Assembly (NCBI RefSeq): GCF_006345805.1
Contig: NC_043023.1
Location: 3,100,001-3,164,000 of the forward strand
DNA from: Octopus sinensis
Lineage: Eukaryota
DNA: 64,000 bases
Reading direction: 5' to 3'
Below, piece by piece: positions 25,371 through 37,745 of the stretch (within the stretch, counting starts at the first letter, position 1; each line of letters begins with the position of its first letter). The notes beneath the pieces are model-generated. The model had not been told where the DNA came from and did not search any database. It saw nothing but the letters and a program-made list of their open reading frames with translations. The position numbers and the translations under genes are program-made.

Positions 25371-25599
25371 GATATATATATATATATGTACATATGTGTA
25401 TATATATGTATGTATATATATGTGTTTATATGTATATATATATATATGTGTGTGTATATGTATATATGTATATATATATATATATATGTGTGTGTATGTC
25501 TACATTGAACCACTTTGAAGTTCCGGAACTAATTTACCAAAATGTTCCCCAGCACAATCGCCAACTGCTATCACCTCCACCTCTCCAATCTTTCCCCTC

Positions 25600-25734
25600 T
25601 CACTCACTCCCACTCTTTTACCCTCTCTCTCTCTCTTTCTCTCTCTCTCTCACACACACACACATGTTCTCTTTCTCCATCTCTATCACTGCATTCTTCT
25701 TACCCCTTCGCTTTCTCTCTCTCTCTTTCTCTCG

Positions 25735-25773
<39 letters not shown>

Positions 25774-26150
25774 GCACATTCACTCACATACACATACATT
25801 CTCTCTCTCTCTCACACATACAGACACATACATCCTTTCTCTCTCACACACACACACACACACACTCATTCTCTCACATGCCCACACACACACACACACA
25901 CTCATTTTCTCTCTCTCACACACACACTCATTCTCTCTCTCTTACATACATACACACATTCTCTCTCACTCACACACACCCTCATTCTCTCTCTCACACA
26001 CACACATTCTCTCTCACACACACACACACATTCTCTCTCACACACACACAAACACTCATTCTCTCTCTCTCTCACACTCTTATTCTCTCATACTCTTATT
26101 CTCTCTCTCTCTCTCTTCATTATGCTTCCCCCTCTCTCCCTCTCTCCCTC
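25600..26150. repeat. (CT)n/(CA)n compound microsatellite
   Basis: Directly visible. Confidence 0.96.
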
Positions 26151-26479
26151 ATTTACCAAAATTCAATTCCGTCTTCAAAGAGGCAATCTCAGTGTACACG
26201 TAATAACATCTCTTCTAAAGTACAAAGAGCCATTATAGGTTTCACCATGATTAAGTCAATTAAAACACCCCCAGTATATCACTGGTATTCATACAGCCAA
26301 CTTTTATCTGAATGAACGGTAAAAGTTCATCCGAGCAGGATTTGAACTCAAGACTTAAATTAAACAAAATAAATACCACCAGGTATCAGGGTAGAAGCAA
26401 AGGAGATTATATTATCTTTATTCAGGCACAGTCTATCAAGGACTACATCATCTATAGTACAGTATTTAGTATTAGTGAT

Positions 26480-26860
26480 TATAGTTGTTGTTTAGCCCTA
26501 GGCTAGTCCTGATCCAGCAGACCTATGATCAAATGATGTTCCAACTGTGATTATCCCATCTTTTGTTCAGGCATAGTCTATCTTGGACAACATCATCTAA
26601 TGTACTGTAGAGTAGTTAGCATCACTGGTTACAGTTGTTGTATGTTGTATGCCTAAAAATGTTTCAGTTGTGACCACCCCATCTTTTATTCAGGCATAGT
26701 GTATCTAGGACTACACTATCTAATGTATAGTTGTGAGGAATAGTGGTCATTGTTGCTAATGTTTAGCCCTTGGTCAGTCCTGATCAACACACACAGATCT
26801 ATGATCAAAGATTTTTCAGCAGTGACCATGCCATCTTATATTGAAACATAGTGTACCTAG
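26480..26860 (-). repeat. Family F repeat, three diverged tandem copies
   Basis: Same motifs as 985-1425. Confidence 0.78.
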
Positions 26861-26880
26861 GACTAGCATTTTTTTCGATG

Positions 26881-26950
26881 GCCAGATAACTGAAGAGATG
26901 CCAGCGTGGGTTTCTACCCCAACATCTGAAACTCAGAGTTTTATCATGGC
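26881..26950 (+). ncRNA. Type-I hammerhead ribozyme-like motif
   Basis: gccagataa-CTGAAGA-gatg[..]catc-t-GAAAC-tcaga-GTT-ttatcatggc: 9-bp stem I with one bulge, stem II gatg/catc, and an extra T before GAAA. Confidence 0.7.
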
Positions 26951-27054
26951 TTCCGAATAATTGTCACACATTACATTTACAGATAGATTCCTCTATTTAC
27001 ATAATATCGAGGTCTCTATCATTCTTTTGTTGTCTTACCATTTTTATCAATATA

Positions 27055-27415
27055 TATACTCTTTTACTTGTTTCAGTCATTTTGACTTTGGCCATACTGG
27101 ACTTATTCTTTTGTAAGCCCAGTATTGGTCACTTTTGCTGAACCGCTAAGTAACAGGGACATAAACACACCAGCATCGGTTGTCAAGCAATGCTAGAGGT
27201 ACAAACACAGACACACAAACACACACACGCATATATATCTATACATATTTACGACGGGCTTCTTTCAGTTTCCGTCTACCAAATCCTCTCACAAGGCTTT
27301 GGTCAACCCGCGGCTGTAGTAGAAGACACTTTCCCAAGGTGCCACGCAGTGGGACTGAACCCGGAACCATGTGGTTGGTAAACAAGCTACTTACCACACA
27401 GCCACTCCTGCGCCT
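27055..27415 (-). mobile_element. SINE family A
   Basis: Head ccacacagccactcctgcgcc at 27395-27415; tail at 27055. Confidence 0.9.
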
Positions 27416-27812
27416 ATATACATATATATATATATATATATAATATATATATATATATATAATATTATTAGAGACAAAACCACTATTTTGCAAAACAAAC
27501 AAGGAAAGACTTAATCAATATATATAATTCAGTGTACATTAAAATACATCAAGAGGCTTCCATCATAGGAACCATTATGCTAGAAAGAACAGTTAAAGTC
27601 CAAACCACTAATTAAGGATAATTAGCCTCTTAATGTGTTTTAATTTACACTGTATCTTATATGAATAATATATAGTCTATTGGCTCATAGATAAGAGAAG
27701 AGGGTATGACTAGAGGGAAATTTGGCTACTATTTGTATTAGTTATAGCTATCATGTAGAGGTCTTCCTTAATGGCTCATACATACATATATACACAAATA
27801 AGACAGGGCATT

Positions 27813-28510
27813 GTGATTTAAAAGAGATTTGGCTGCTATTTCTAGTAGGTCTAGCTACCATATAGAGGTCACACTCATTGACTCATACATCAGACAGTAG
27901 GTTGTGATTTAAAAGAGATTTAGCTGTTATTTCTAGTTGGTCTAGCTACCGTATAGAGGTCACACTCATTGACTCATACATCAGACTGTATGTTGTGATT
28001 TAAAAGAGATTTGGCTGTTATTTCTAGTAGGTCTAACTGCCATATAGAGGTCACACTCATTGACTCATACATACATTTATATATCAGATAGTAGGTTGTG
28101 ATTTAAAAGAGATTTGGCTGCTATTTCTAGTAAGTATAGCTACCATATAGAAGTCACATTCATTGACTCATACATCGGAGAGTAGGTTGTGATTTAAAAG
28201 AGATTGGGCTGCTATTTCTAGTAGGTCTAGCTACCGTATAGAGGTCACACTCATTGACTCATACATCAGACAGTATGTTGTGATTTAAAAGAGATTTGGC
28301 TGCTATTTCTAGTAGGTCTAGCTACCATATAGAGGTCACACTCATTGACTCATACATCAGATAGTAGGTTGTGATTTAAAAGAGATTTGGCTGCTATTTC
28401 TAGTAGGTCTAGCTACCATATAGAGGTCACACTCATTGATTTATACATCAGACAGTAGGTTGTGATTTAAAAGAGATTTGGCTGCTATTTCTTGCAGGCG
28501 GAGCAACCAC
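27813..28510. repeat. 91-bp minisatellite, 7 full units plus 1 partial
   Basis: gtgatttaaaagag at 27813, 27904, 27995, 28098, 28189, 28280, 28371 and 28462. Confidence 0.95.
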
Positions 28511-28870
28511 GTAGAGATTTCCTGCTGACGGTAACAAAATTGTTTTTGCTGCTGATGTCGCCGCCTATGGCCTGTAATAAGGTGACAGATCAAAAATTAA
28601 AGCTAATTAACAGATAACGAAGACTGTGAACGGTTGCACGCCATCATGCAATACACAATAAGTAATTTTTGAACAGAAGAGATCATCCGCCTTGGGGTTA
28701 GTTGAGGTGTTACGGGGAACTGTGAAAAGCACAATGTTTGCTAAGTTGGAAAGAACTGAAGCTGACATTTATCTGAAGAATGGGAATTAGTGCTTAGGAA
28801 ACACCCCACCCACCCTCATATCCACCCCTCTGCAACCTCAATGAATCTAGCATAATATATACATATATAT

Positions 28871-29068
28871 GCCATGATAGATCGTTAGCTCCTACACGCA
28901 ATTTTTTTTCTCTCCTTGTTTTTTTCTGTGTATCTTTCTGTCGAAGAGCGTAGACTCGAAACGTAAAAGACTTGTTCTATTTCTATTCCTGAGCGCCATA
29001 CTAATACATTTGTTTGTTTGTACTCCACCTGCCTTCGTCTTTTGTTTATTTTCGTAAACCTTCCCGTT
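28871..29068 (+). mobile_element. ~200-bp hammerhead-carrying non-autonomous element (PLE-like) in (TA)n
   Basis: Contains tcttt-CTGTCGA-a-gagc gtag actc-GAAAC-GTA-aaaga (28933-28970). Related copies lie at 50352-50540, 50570-50761 and 62366-62551. Confidence 0.7.
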
Positions 29069-29304
29069 ATATATATATATGTATATAATATTAGGGAGTA
29101 TAACTCCAAACTTACAGGGAAAAATTCAATTTAGTTTTAAATCAAATTTCACATATTGTTTATTCATTTTTGTACTTTTTAGGATCGAGTTATATCTTTT
29201 TAAAAAATATATTTTACTTTTTATTTATGATTTGGTTTATGTCTATCATTGTTTGAGTTGCATAATAGTGGTTTTATCTCTAATTTATATATATATATAT
29301 ATAT

Positions 29305-29900
29305 TCTTTCACTTGTTTCAGTCATTTGACTGTGGCCATGCTGGAGCACTGCCTTTTTTTAGTCGAGCAAATCGACCCCAGGACTTACTCTTTGTAAGCC
29401 TAGTACTTATTCTATCGGTCTCTTTTCTCTTTTACTCTTTTACTTGTTTCAGTCAATTGACTGCGGCCATGCTGGAGCACTGTCTTTAGTCAAGCAAATC
29501 GACCCCAGGACTTACTCTTTGTAAGCCTAGTACTTATTCTATTGGTCTCTTTTCTCTTTTACTCTTTTACTTGTTTCAGTCAATTGACAGTGGCCATGCT
29601 GGAGCACTGTCTTTAGTCGAGCAAATCGACCCCAGGACTTACTCTTTGTAAGCCTAGTACTTATTCTATCGGTCTCTTTTCTCTTTTACTCTTTTACTTG
29701 TTTCAGTCAATTGACAGTGGCCATGCTGGAGCACTGTCTTTAGTCGAGCAAATCGACCCCAGGACTTACTCTTTGTAAGCCTAGTACTTATTCTATTGGT
29801 CTCTCTTGCCGAACCGCTGAGTGACAGGGACGTAAACACACCACCATCAGTTGTCAAGAGATGTTGGGGGGACAAACACTGACACACAAACATATGCACA
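29305..29900 (-). repeat. SINE A with 3' tail region amplified x4 (127-bp unit)
   Basis: ttgtttcagtca at 29313, 29444, 29571 and 29698. Confidence 0.92.
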
Positions 29901-29902
29901 CG

Positions 29903-29944
<42 letters not shown>

Positions 29945-30076
29945 TCAATAAATGGTGGGGTTGTGTTGACCGCACATGGAGGAATGATAAGCGAGGAAAA
30001 ATTGTAAAAATGCAGAATGCTAAATTGAAAGAAAATTTTAATGAAATGAGAAATTGAAAAAATATATAAATATATA

Positions 30077-30680
30077 TAGGCGCAGGAGTGGCTGTGTGGT
30101 AAGGAGCTTGCTAACCAACCACATGGTTCCGGGTTCAGTCCCACTGCATGGCATCTTGGGCAAGTATCTTCTGCTATAGCCTCTGGCCGACCAAAGCCTT
30201 GTGAGTGGATTTGGTAGACGGAAACTGAAAGAAGCCTGTCGTATATATGTATATATACATAGGTGCAGGAGTGGCTGTGTGGTAAGTAGCTTGTTTACCA
30301 ACCACATGGTTCCGGGTTCAGTCCCACTGCATGGCATCTTGGGCAAGTGTCTTCTGCTATAGCCCCGGGCCGACCAATGCCTTGTGAGTGGATTTGGTAG
30401 ACGGAAACTGAAAGAAGCCTGTCGTATATATGTATATATATATATATATAAGTGTGTGTATATATGTTTGTGTGTCTGTGTTTGTCCCCCTAGTATTGCT
30501 TGACAACCGATGCTGGTGTGTTTATGTCCCCGTCACTTAGCGGTTCGGCAAAACAGACCGATAGAATAAGTACTGGGCTTACAAAGAATAAGTCCCGGGG
30601 TTGATTTGCTCGACTAAAGGCGGTGCTCCAGCATGGCCGCAGTCAAATGACTGAAACAAGTAAAAGAGAAAAAGAGAATA
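30077..30680 (+). mobile_element. SINE family A with tandemly duplicated head (~183 bp)
   Basis: aggcgcaggagtggctgtgtggtaag at ~30078 and aggtgcaggagtggc at ~30261, followed by a single tail. Confidence 0.9.
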
Positions 30681-32500
30681 TATTTATTCAAACCGGTTTC
30701 ATCATAGTGTGACTAATCAAGAATAGTTAGGTAAAAAAGTTTTTTTTAAATGAGAAAGGGGGAAAAAAGAAAGTTGCATTGTTTTTTGCAAAAGATTAAT
30801 AATAAATATGTACAAAAATTAAAAAATAAGTACTCCGATACATTGTGAGTTCGTTGTGTATCTTGAGTTTAATGATTGTTCACGAAAAAATTACCTTGAG
30901 GTATTAGGATCCAATGGGATTAAGACCATGTGTTATTTGGTTTAATTAAGGATGTTGGCAAAAACAGGAAGTAGTAGTAATTGTGGTTCTTCAGTTCCTG
31001 TGTTGTGAATAAAGGGAGACAACTCTTTTGAGTTCTTCAATTTTTGTTTCTCAAAATCCCCTGTAATGAAGGCTGCTAATAAACCCCAAATTATAAAATT
31101 ATCATTTTAGCTTCATTTGTATTATCTTTTTCATATATAATTGTTTGTTAACTTAACTTTCAGATTTTATACTTTATTTATATTATTTTCTAATTATATA
31201 AATTTGCATAGACCAATTTATAATTACATTTCAGATTGTTATATCATATATAATAAAAATGATAGTAATAACAACAATAGTAAAAATGATATTTAAAGAA
31301 TATAAGTTTTATCTTGAAGTGATGAATCTATGGTATCCTTATATATTTGTGTTAGTCCATCCATGAAGAATGAGGTAGAAAAAGGAAGTTTGATCAACGA
31401 GGAGCTTGTATATTAAGTTGTGTTTGGAATTTTTCAATAAAGAGATTCTCCTTGTTAATTCTCTCCTGTGTGGTGATCCCGTCTTTACATTGGTAGAAGG
31501 GGAATATATAGAATTTGGGGTTTAAGTCTTTAGCACATGAGTCTAAGTGGTCACTCAGTGGAATTTGTCGGTATTCCGGGAGATTTATTTGTTCTTTATG
31601 CACCGCTACTCGTTTACGTAATGGGAGACTCATTTGTCCAACATAATTATGTTGGCAACCAGCGCATGTGAGAATGTAGATAAGGTTCTCGGAGGAACAG
31701 GAGAAGTTAGTCTTGATTTTAAACTTCGTACCTTGTTTGAAGGTAAATTCAGAGCCTTCAAGTAGGAGGGGGCAGGTACCACAGTTTGAGCGTGCACATT
31801 TTTTTACTACTGGGGGTGGATGTGGTGTGTGAAGTTTGGCATTTGTCAAGAGTTTTTTTAAAGATTTGTGTTGCCTTTTGCATTTGAGGATTTTGTGTGT
31901 ATTTATAATGTTTTTCATTTTTGGGTCTGTTGACAGTAGACTGAGGTTTTGTATGATTGTGGTGTATGCTTCGATATTTTTGGGGTTGTGGGTGGAAATG
32001 TATGGAAGTATTTTGAGGTTGTGTGTGGTGTTAGGTTGGGTGATTTTCAGTGTAGTGTTGTCTAGTTCTTTGGCGTGTTTTATTCCATACTCTATAAGGG
32101 TGGAGGGATATTGACGTTGTAATAGTGTTTTTCTGAGGTCTTGAAGGCGTATTTCTCGTGTTTTTGGATCCGTGACAATGGTGCATACCCTTTTAGCCAA
32201 ATTGAAAGGGATATTTGTCTTGGTGTGTTTTGGGTGGCATGAACTAAAGAGGAGGTATTGTTGTGAGTCTGTGGGTTTGTGGTAGATGTCTGTTATGGTT
32301 TGGTTCTTAGGTGTTTTTATAATTAGGAGATCAAGGAATGGGAGATGATGTTTGCTTAATTCCATAGTGAATTGGATGTTGGGATGTATGTTGTTTAGTA
32401 TGGTTTTGAATTCCAGGAGTTTTTCATAAGGTTCTTTCCATATGATCATCCTGGAATTCAAAACCATACTAAACAACATACATCCCAACATCCAATTCAT
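30680..32500 (-). mobile_element. Penelope-like element (PLE), 5'-truncated, with 3' non-coding region
   Basis: ORF described below, a degenerate hammerhead at 30684-30725, and an inverted duplication at the 5' junction. Confidence 0.88.
31394..32448 (-). CDS. PLE ORF remnant: RT C-terminus/thumb, Cys-rich linker and GIY-YIG endonuclease (~350 aa without stops)
   Basis: LNNIHPNIQFTME..LPFLDLLI..DIYHKPTDSQQYL.FSSCHPKH; CARSNCGTC; CSSENLIYILTCAGCQHNYVGQ..LRKRVAVH..HLDSC..KENLFIEKFQTQLN. The first ~19 aa of the listed ORF come from the inverted duplication. Confidence 0.93.
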
Positions 32501-32776
32501 ATACAAATTTGACCATTTTTGAAATTATACTAAGGAGCCAGTTGTCCCCCTTGCCACTTGTTACTTCCCTTGGTTCACTCTCTAGACTCATTCTTCTTAT
32601 TCTTCAACCATTTAAAATGACAAGACTCCTTTGTCACGAGAACTAATTACTGTACAATGTCCCTTGAAAAGCTAATTTAAATAGCAAAAACCGGTTGGAT
32701 TTCACGACATCCATATAATATGTATATATTTATAAAAAGATATTAATCTGTATGAAACAAATGCTTTTCTCTTTTG

Positions 32777-32895
32777 GGATCTTTTCCTTTTGAATGGCAC
32801 TTTGTAACATAATTTCTAGGTAACTAAAAAGTTTTAAACTTTGTATACTGGTAGAACGTGTTTATAAAACATCATTTTCTCTTGGTTTTATTGAG
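32777..32895. mobile_element. One end of the GGATC-terminated MITE (see 37916-38318)
   Basis: ggatcttttccttttgaatggcactttgtaacataatttctaggtaactaaaa..ctttgtatactggtagaa is the reverse complement of 38200-38318. Confidence 0.8.
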
Positions 32896-33033
32896 AATAA
32901 GTACTGGGCTTACAAAGAATAAGTCCCGGGGTCAATTTGCTCGACTAAAGGCGGTGCTCCAGCATGGCCGCAATCAAATGACTGAAACAAGTAAAAGAGT
33001 AAAGAGCATATATATATATATATATGTATGTAT

Positions 33034-33075
<42 letters not shown>

Positions 33076-33109
33076 TATATATATATATATAATATATATA
33101 TATATACCG

Positions 33110-33269
33110 GAATAAACACATAAATGTGAAACAAGGTGGAAAAAAGAGTACTCGAATACCAGTGGTAGAGTAATATGCTTTATTTAAAGCAGCAAAAACT
33201 GTCTGATGAACGGCAACGGCAAACTCAGAGTAACAGGTTTTGTTGAATTTTCTGCTGCTTTAAATAAAG

Positions 33270-33272
<3 letters not shown>
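33110..33272 (+). mobile_element. Small PLE-like element with 17-bp inverted repeats enclosing a hammerhead-like core
   Basis: ctttatttaaagcagca ... tgctgctttaaataaag enclosing aaaactgt-CTGATGA-acggcaacgg-cAAAC-tcaga-GTA-acaggtttt (33195-33241). Confidence 0.6.
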
Positions 33273-33302
<30 letters not shown>

Positions 33303-33579
33303 GTATGTATATATGTATGTACACACATATGTATTCATTCTTTATTTCAGTGACATTAATCAATTGTGTTTCATAATGGTGTTCGTTTTCCTTGTATGAA
33401 GAATTATTTGGTACTGCTGTAAGAGAAGCCTCAAATCCTGTGTACTATTTCTTAATACCCAGGATGGCTTGTCAGGGCCACAACTTCCAGGATTTATGGC
33501 CCAGATAGAGAAAACTAATACAACCACTGCTGCAAGTAGTCCTGTAATTTTGTACACTACTAACTGAATGGACAAGTCA

Positions 33580-33896
33580 TTTGTTCATATGTGTGGGTGT
33601 ATATAGATATGTATTTATAAAGATACTTGTGCATATATGTGTGTGTGTATATATGTGTGTATATAGATATATATTTATATATGTGTATATATATATGTGT
33701 GTGTGTATATATACAGATATATATATATATATGTACATATATATATATATGTACATAGGTACATATATATATATACATACGTACATGTATATACACACAT
33801 ATACACACACATATATATATATGTACATAGGTACATATATATATATACATACGTACATGTATATACACACATATACACACACATATATATATGTGA

Positions 33897-33931
<35 letters not shown>

Positions 33932-34270
33932 CATACGTACATGTATATACACACATATACACACACATATATATATGTGAATATATATATATATGTACAT
34001 ATATATATATATATATACATACATGTATATACATACATATACACACACACACATATATGTGTGTATAAATAAATATACATACATACATATATATACATAT
34101 ATATACATACATATATATATATATAAACATGAATATATATGAATGAATATTTGTGTGTGTATATACCTAAATGTAAATATACGTATATATATATATATGT
34201 ACATATACATATAAATAAATACGAGTGTATATATATGTGTGTGTGTATTTATATACATATGTGTATATGA
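33580..34270. repeat. (TA)/(CA) field with four ~60-70 bp minisatellite units
   Basis: atacatacgtacatgtatatacacacatatacacacac recurs. Confidence 0.9.
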
Positions 34271-34743
34271 GCTATCTGCACTAAAATAATGCAACACCAC
34301 TCTGCAGCACACTGCACAACTTCACACATACACAAAAAAAAATTTATGCGCAATATATACACAGACACACGTATACACACACGGCGGATCCACTTATTTA
34401 CAATACACCAAATTCTATAGACGTTGGATGGCTGCGAGCCAAAGCAGAACTTTTCAGAAAAGAAAAAGGCTGAGAAAGTATGACGTATCTTTATGTTCCG
34501 TACACTCTGTGATACGTCTCAATCCAGTTTTGTTTGTATGTTTATCGGTGGTCGTATACAGAGTTGGTGATAAGTTGCTAGGAGCGTGCTTGGAACATCT
34601 CTACGTGAATGCGTCTATTGCTTACGCTTGCTGTTTATATACACAGCACTTCGTTTTTTTTTGTTTGTGCGTGCGTGCGTGTTTTAAGAAGCGTGTGTAT
34701 GTGGCTATATATATGTGTGTATATATATATATATGTACATATA

Positions 34744-34785
<42 letters not shown>

Positions 34786-35023
34786 TGTATATCAGAGGTA
34801 TATATAATATACATGTATATGTATAGGTATATAAATATATATATATATATTCATATATATATTTATCCATATATGTATATACATATATTAATAAATAAAA
34901 TAGAACATATGCATATATATAAACATATATGTACGTACCTACCTCTACATGTACATATACACGCATATATGAGTACAGGACACCAAAAGGACACATAACT
35001 ATATATTAATATATATTTACATA

Positions 35024-35070
<47 letters not shown>

Positions 35071-35074
35071 TATA

Positions 35075-35133
<59 letters not shown>

Positions 35134-35266
35134 TGTGTGCACTATATAAATAGTGTACATATCTTTATATATATATATTTACTTATATATATATGTGTGC
35201 GTGTTATAAAAATAATGTGCCTATGTATAAATATATACCATATATGCATATATTTAATGTCGTAAT

Positions 35267-35297
<31 letters not shown>

Positions 35298-36035
35298 TGC
35301 ATAGATACATATATACTCGTATCTGTTGTGAATTCCTTCTTCTGGTCCCTCTTTCTATCTCTCTCTCTCTCTCTCCTTTATTTCTCTCTCTTTCTTCTTC
35401 TCTGTCTTTCACTCTTTTTTTGACTATGTATTTGCTGTCTTTAAGAAATCCATTGTACCAGCGTTTCTATTCAGCCATTGGTCCTTGTATATATGTTGGT
35501 ATGTATGTATGTGTACAGACAGACATACTCACATATACACACAGGCATAGATAGATAGATAGATATAGACAGACAGACAGACAGAGATTAGATATACACA
35601 CACATACATGCATACAAACAAACATGTAGTAGTAGCAGCAGCAGCAGTAGTAGTAGTAGTATAGCATAAATAAATGAATCTGAAAAAGGCACAGAGAATG
35701 TTTAAGATGATGTATTCATATTAATGTTAATACACCTAACTGGTTTCACATTTGCGTGATTTTCAAAATTCTAAGCTTTGACGGACATGTTACTGTGTTG
35801 CAAAATCTATTTTACACTTCTTTACATAACTGTCCATGTCGATACACATCACATGACCATACAAGTGCAGTCGTCTCTCTTGCACATCACATCTGATGCT
35901 TCTTATGCCTAACTTTTCTCTCAAGATACTTGCCCTTTGTTGCCACAGAGGTAGGGGTTCTCTGAACTTTATCCAGCTTATTCTTATTCTCACAGCTATG
36001 CTCTCAGCACATCCACCTCTAACTTGGCCACTTAA

Positions 36036-36583
36036 CCCTTTTGTAACTGTATTTATTTTGAGATGCTCTGTGTTTCTTTCAATTATTTTAAATCGTAAAA
36101 AGCACCAACCGATCAAGGCCATTGCCAGCCTAGCCTGGCACGTAAAAAGCACCCACTACATTCACGGAATGGTTGGCGTTAGGAAGGGCATCCAGCTGTA
36201 AAAACACTGTCAGATCAGACTGGAGCCTGGTGCAGCCTCCTGGTTTCCCAGACCCCGGTTGAACCGTCCAACCCATGCTAGCATGGAAAACGGACGTTAA
36301 ATGATGATGATGATGATGATAATAACAAAGAATTTAATAAAATAACTTAGTTATCATTAAGCTAGTGTCTAAGGTTTGGTGGAAGATTTTAATTCAAAAC
36401 TTATGACTGAGAGGGTTAAATATAATAAAGAATTTAGTAAAATAACTTAGTTATCATTAAGCTAGTGTTAGGAACATAAATTGTGACTAAGGTTTTGTGG
36501 AAGATTTTAATTCAAAACTTATGAAAACAAGACATTTGTACTGAGAGCCAGAGCTGGTTTTGGCTGGGTTAGTAACAAATGGG
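36036..36583. mobile_element. piggyBac-like MITE (TTAA target duplication, CCC...GGG ends)
   Basis: TTAA at 36032-35 and 36584-87; TIRs cccttttgtaact / agtaacaaatggg. Removing it restores the RTE frame ANSFSC-LSGQV. Confidence 0.88.
36094..36320 (+). mobile_element. Family C element inserted in the piggyBac-like MITE
   Basis: cgtaaaaagcacc..ggttggcgttaggaagggcatccagctg..ggacgttaaatgatgatg. Confidence 0.9.
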
Positions 36584-37526
36584 TTAAGCAACTGAAGCTA
36601 TTTGCTACCTGTAGCTTATGCTGCTGGCAGTTGATGGAGTCTATTTTCTGTACATTTTCGACGTTTATTGTACCTGTGCATCTTCCACACACAAATACTA
36701 TTTTCCCTGTTAACCTTCTTCTGATATTGCTTCACCTCTAATGTGTCCATATCTTATAATGGGTACATCTTGTAGAGTTTCTACCTGTGCCTTTTATATA
36801 GATCAAGCAGGGCAATCTACATGAGGGTTTTAATGATTTGTCTGTCTTCCTACTTACTAAGAATTTGGTTTTTGTTAGGTTAACTCTGAGACCCTTCGAT
36901 TCCAACTTTGCTTCCATACCTGAAACTTCTCAAGTTGTGGTAGTGATTCAGCAATTAGAGCAAGGTCATCAGCATAGAGGAGCTCCCAGGGGCATCCTGT
37001 CTTCAATTCCTCTGTTATTGTCTGGAGGACTACAATGAACAAGAGGGAGCTAAGAATTGATCTTTGGTGAACCCCTACTTGTACCCTGAATTCTTCACTG
37101 TACTCATTGTCAACCCTCACCTTACTGATAGCATCACTGTACATGGCTTGTAAAGCTCTCACCAACCACTCATCTATCCCTAGTTTCTACATTGACCACC
37201 AGATAAGGGATCAGGGGTCCCAGTCAAAGGCTTTCCTGAAGTCAACAAAAGGCAATTACAGAGGTTTAGCTTTGGTTTTGTATTTCTCCTGCAGCTCCCT
37301 TACAAGAAATATAGCATCTGTAGTGCTTCCCCCTGCATCTCATCTAAGCTAATTCTCTCCCTAATTAGTTGGGCTTTGACTCTCTGTAACTTTCATCACC
37401 TGATCCAACAATTTGATACCTCTGTAATTATTTCTATCCAAAGCATCACCTTTACCTTTGTAGCAGTTGACTATGGTGCTGCTACACCTGTCATTGGGTA
37501 TGACTTTTTCGTGTACCACCTGATTG

Positions 37527-37745
37527 GCAAGCGGGTAGAAACGTTAGCACGCCAGGTGAAATGCTTAGCAGTATTTCGTCTGCCGGTACGTTCTGAGTTC
37601 AAATTCCGCCGAGGTCGACATTGCCTTTCATCCCTTTGGGGTCGATTAAATAAGTACCAGTTAATCACTGGAGTCGATGTAATCAACTTAATCCCCTTGT
37701 TTGTCCCCTCTATGTTTAGCCCCTTGTGGGCAATAAAGAAATAAA
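37527..37745 (+). mobile_element. SINE family B inserted in the RTE
   Basis: gtagaaacgttagcacgccaggtgaaatgcttagc..gagttcaaattccgccgaggtcgac..tttcatccctttggggtcgattaaataagtaccagt. Confidence 0.9.

Noticed and set aside
30077-30150. tRNA genes (heads of families A, B, D)
   Set aside because: A/B boxes are present but run into SINE bodies; there is no complete cloverleaf with acceptor stem and terminator.
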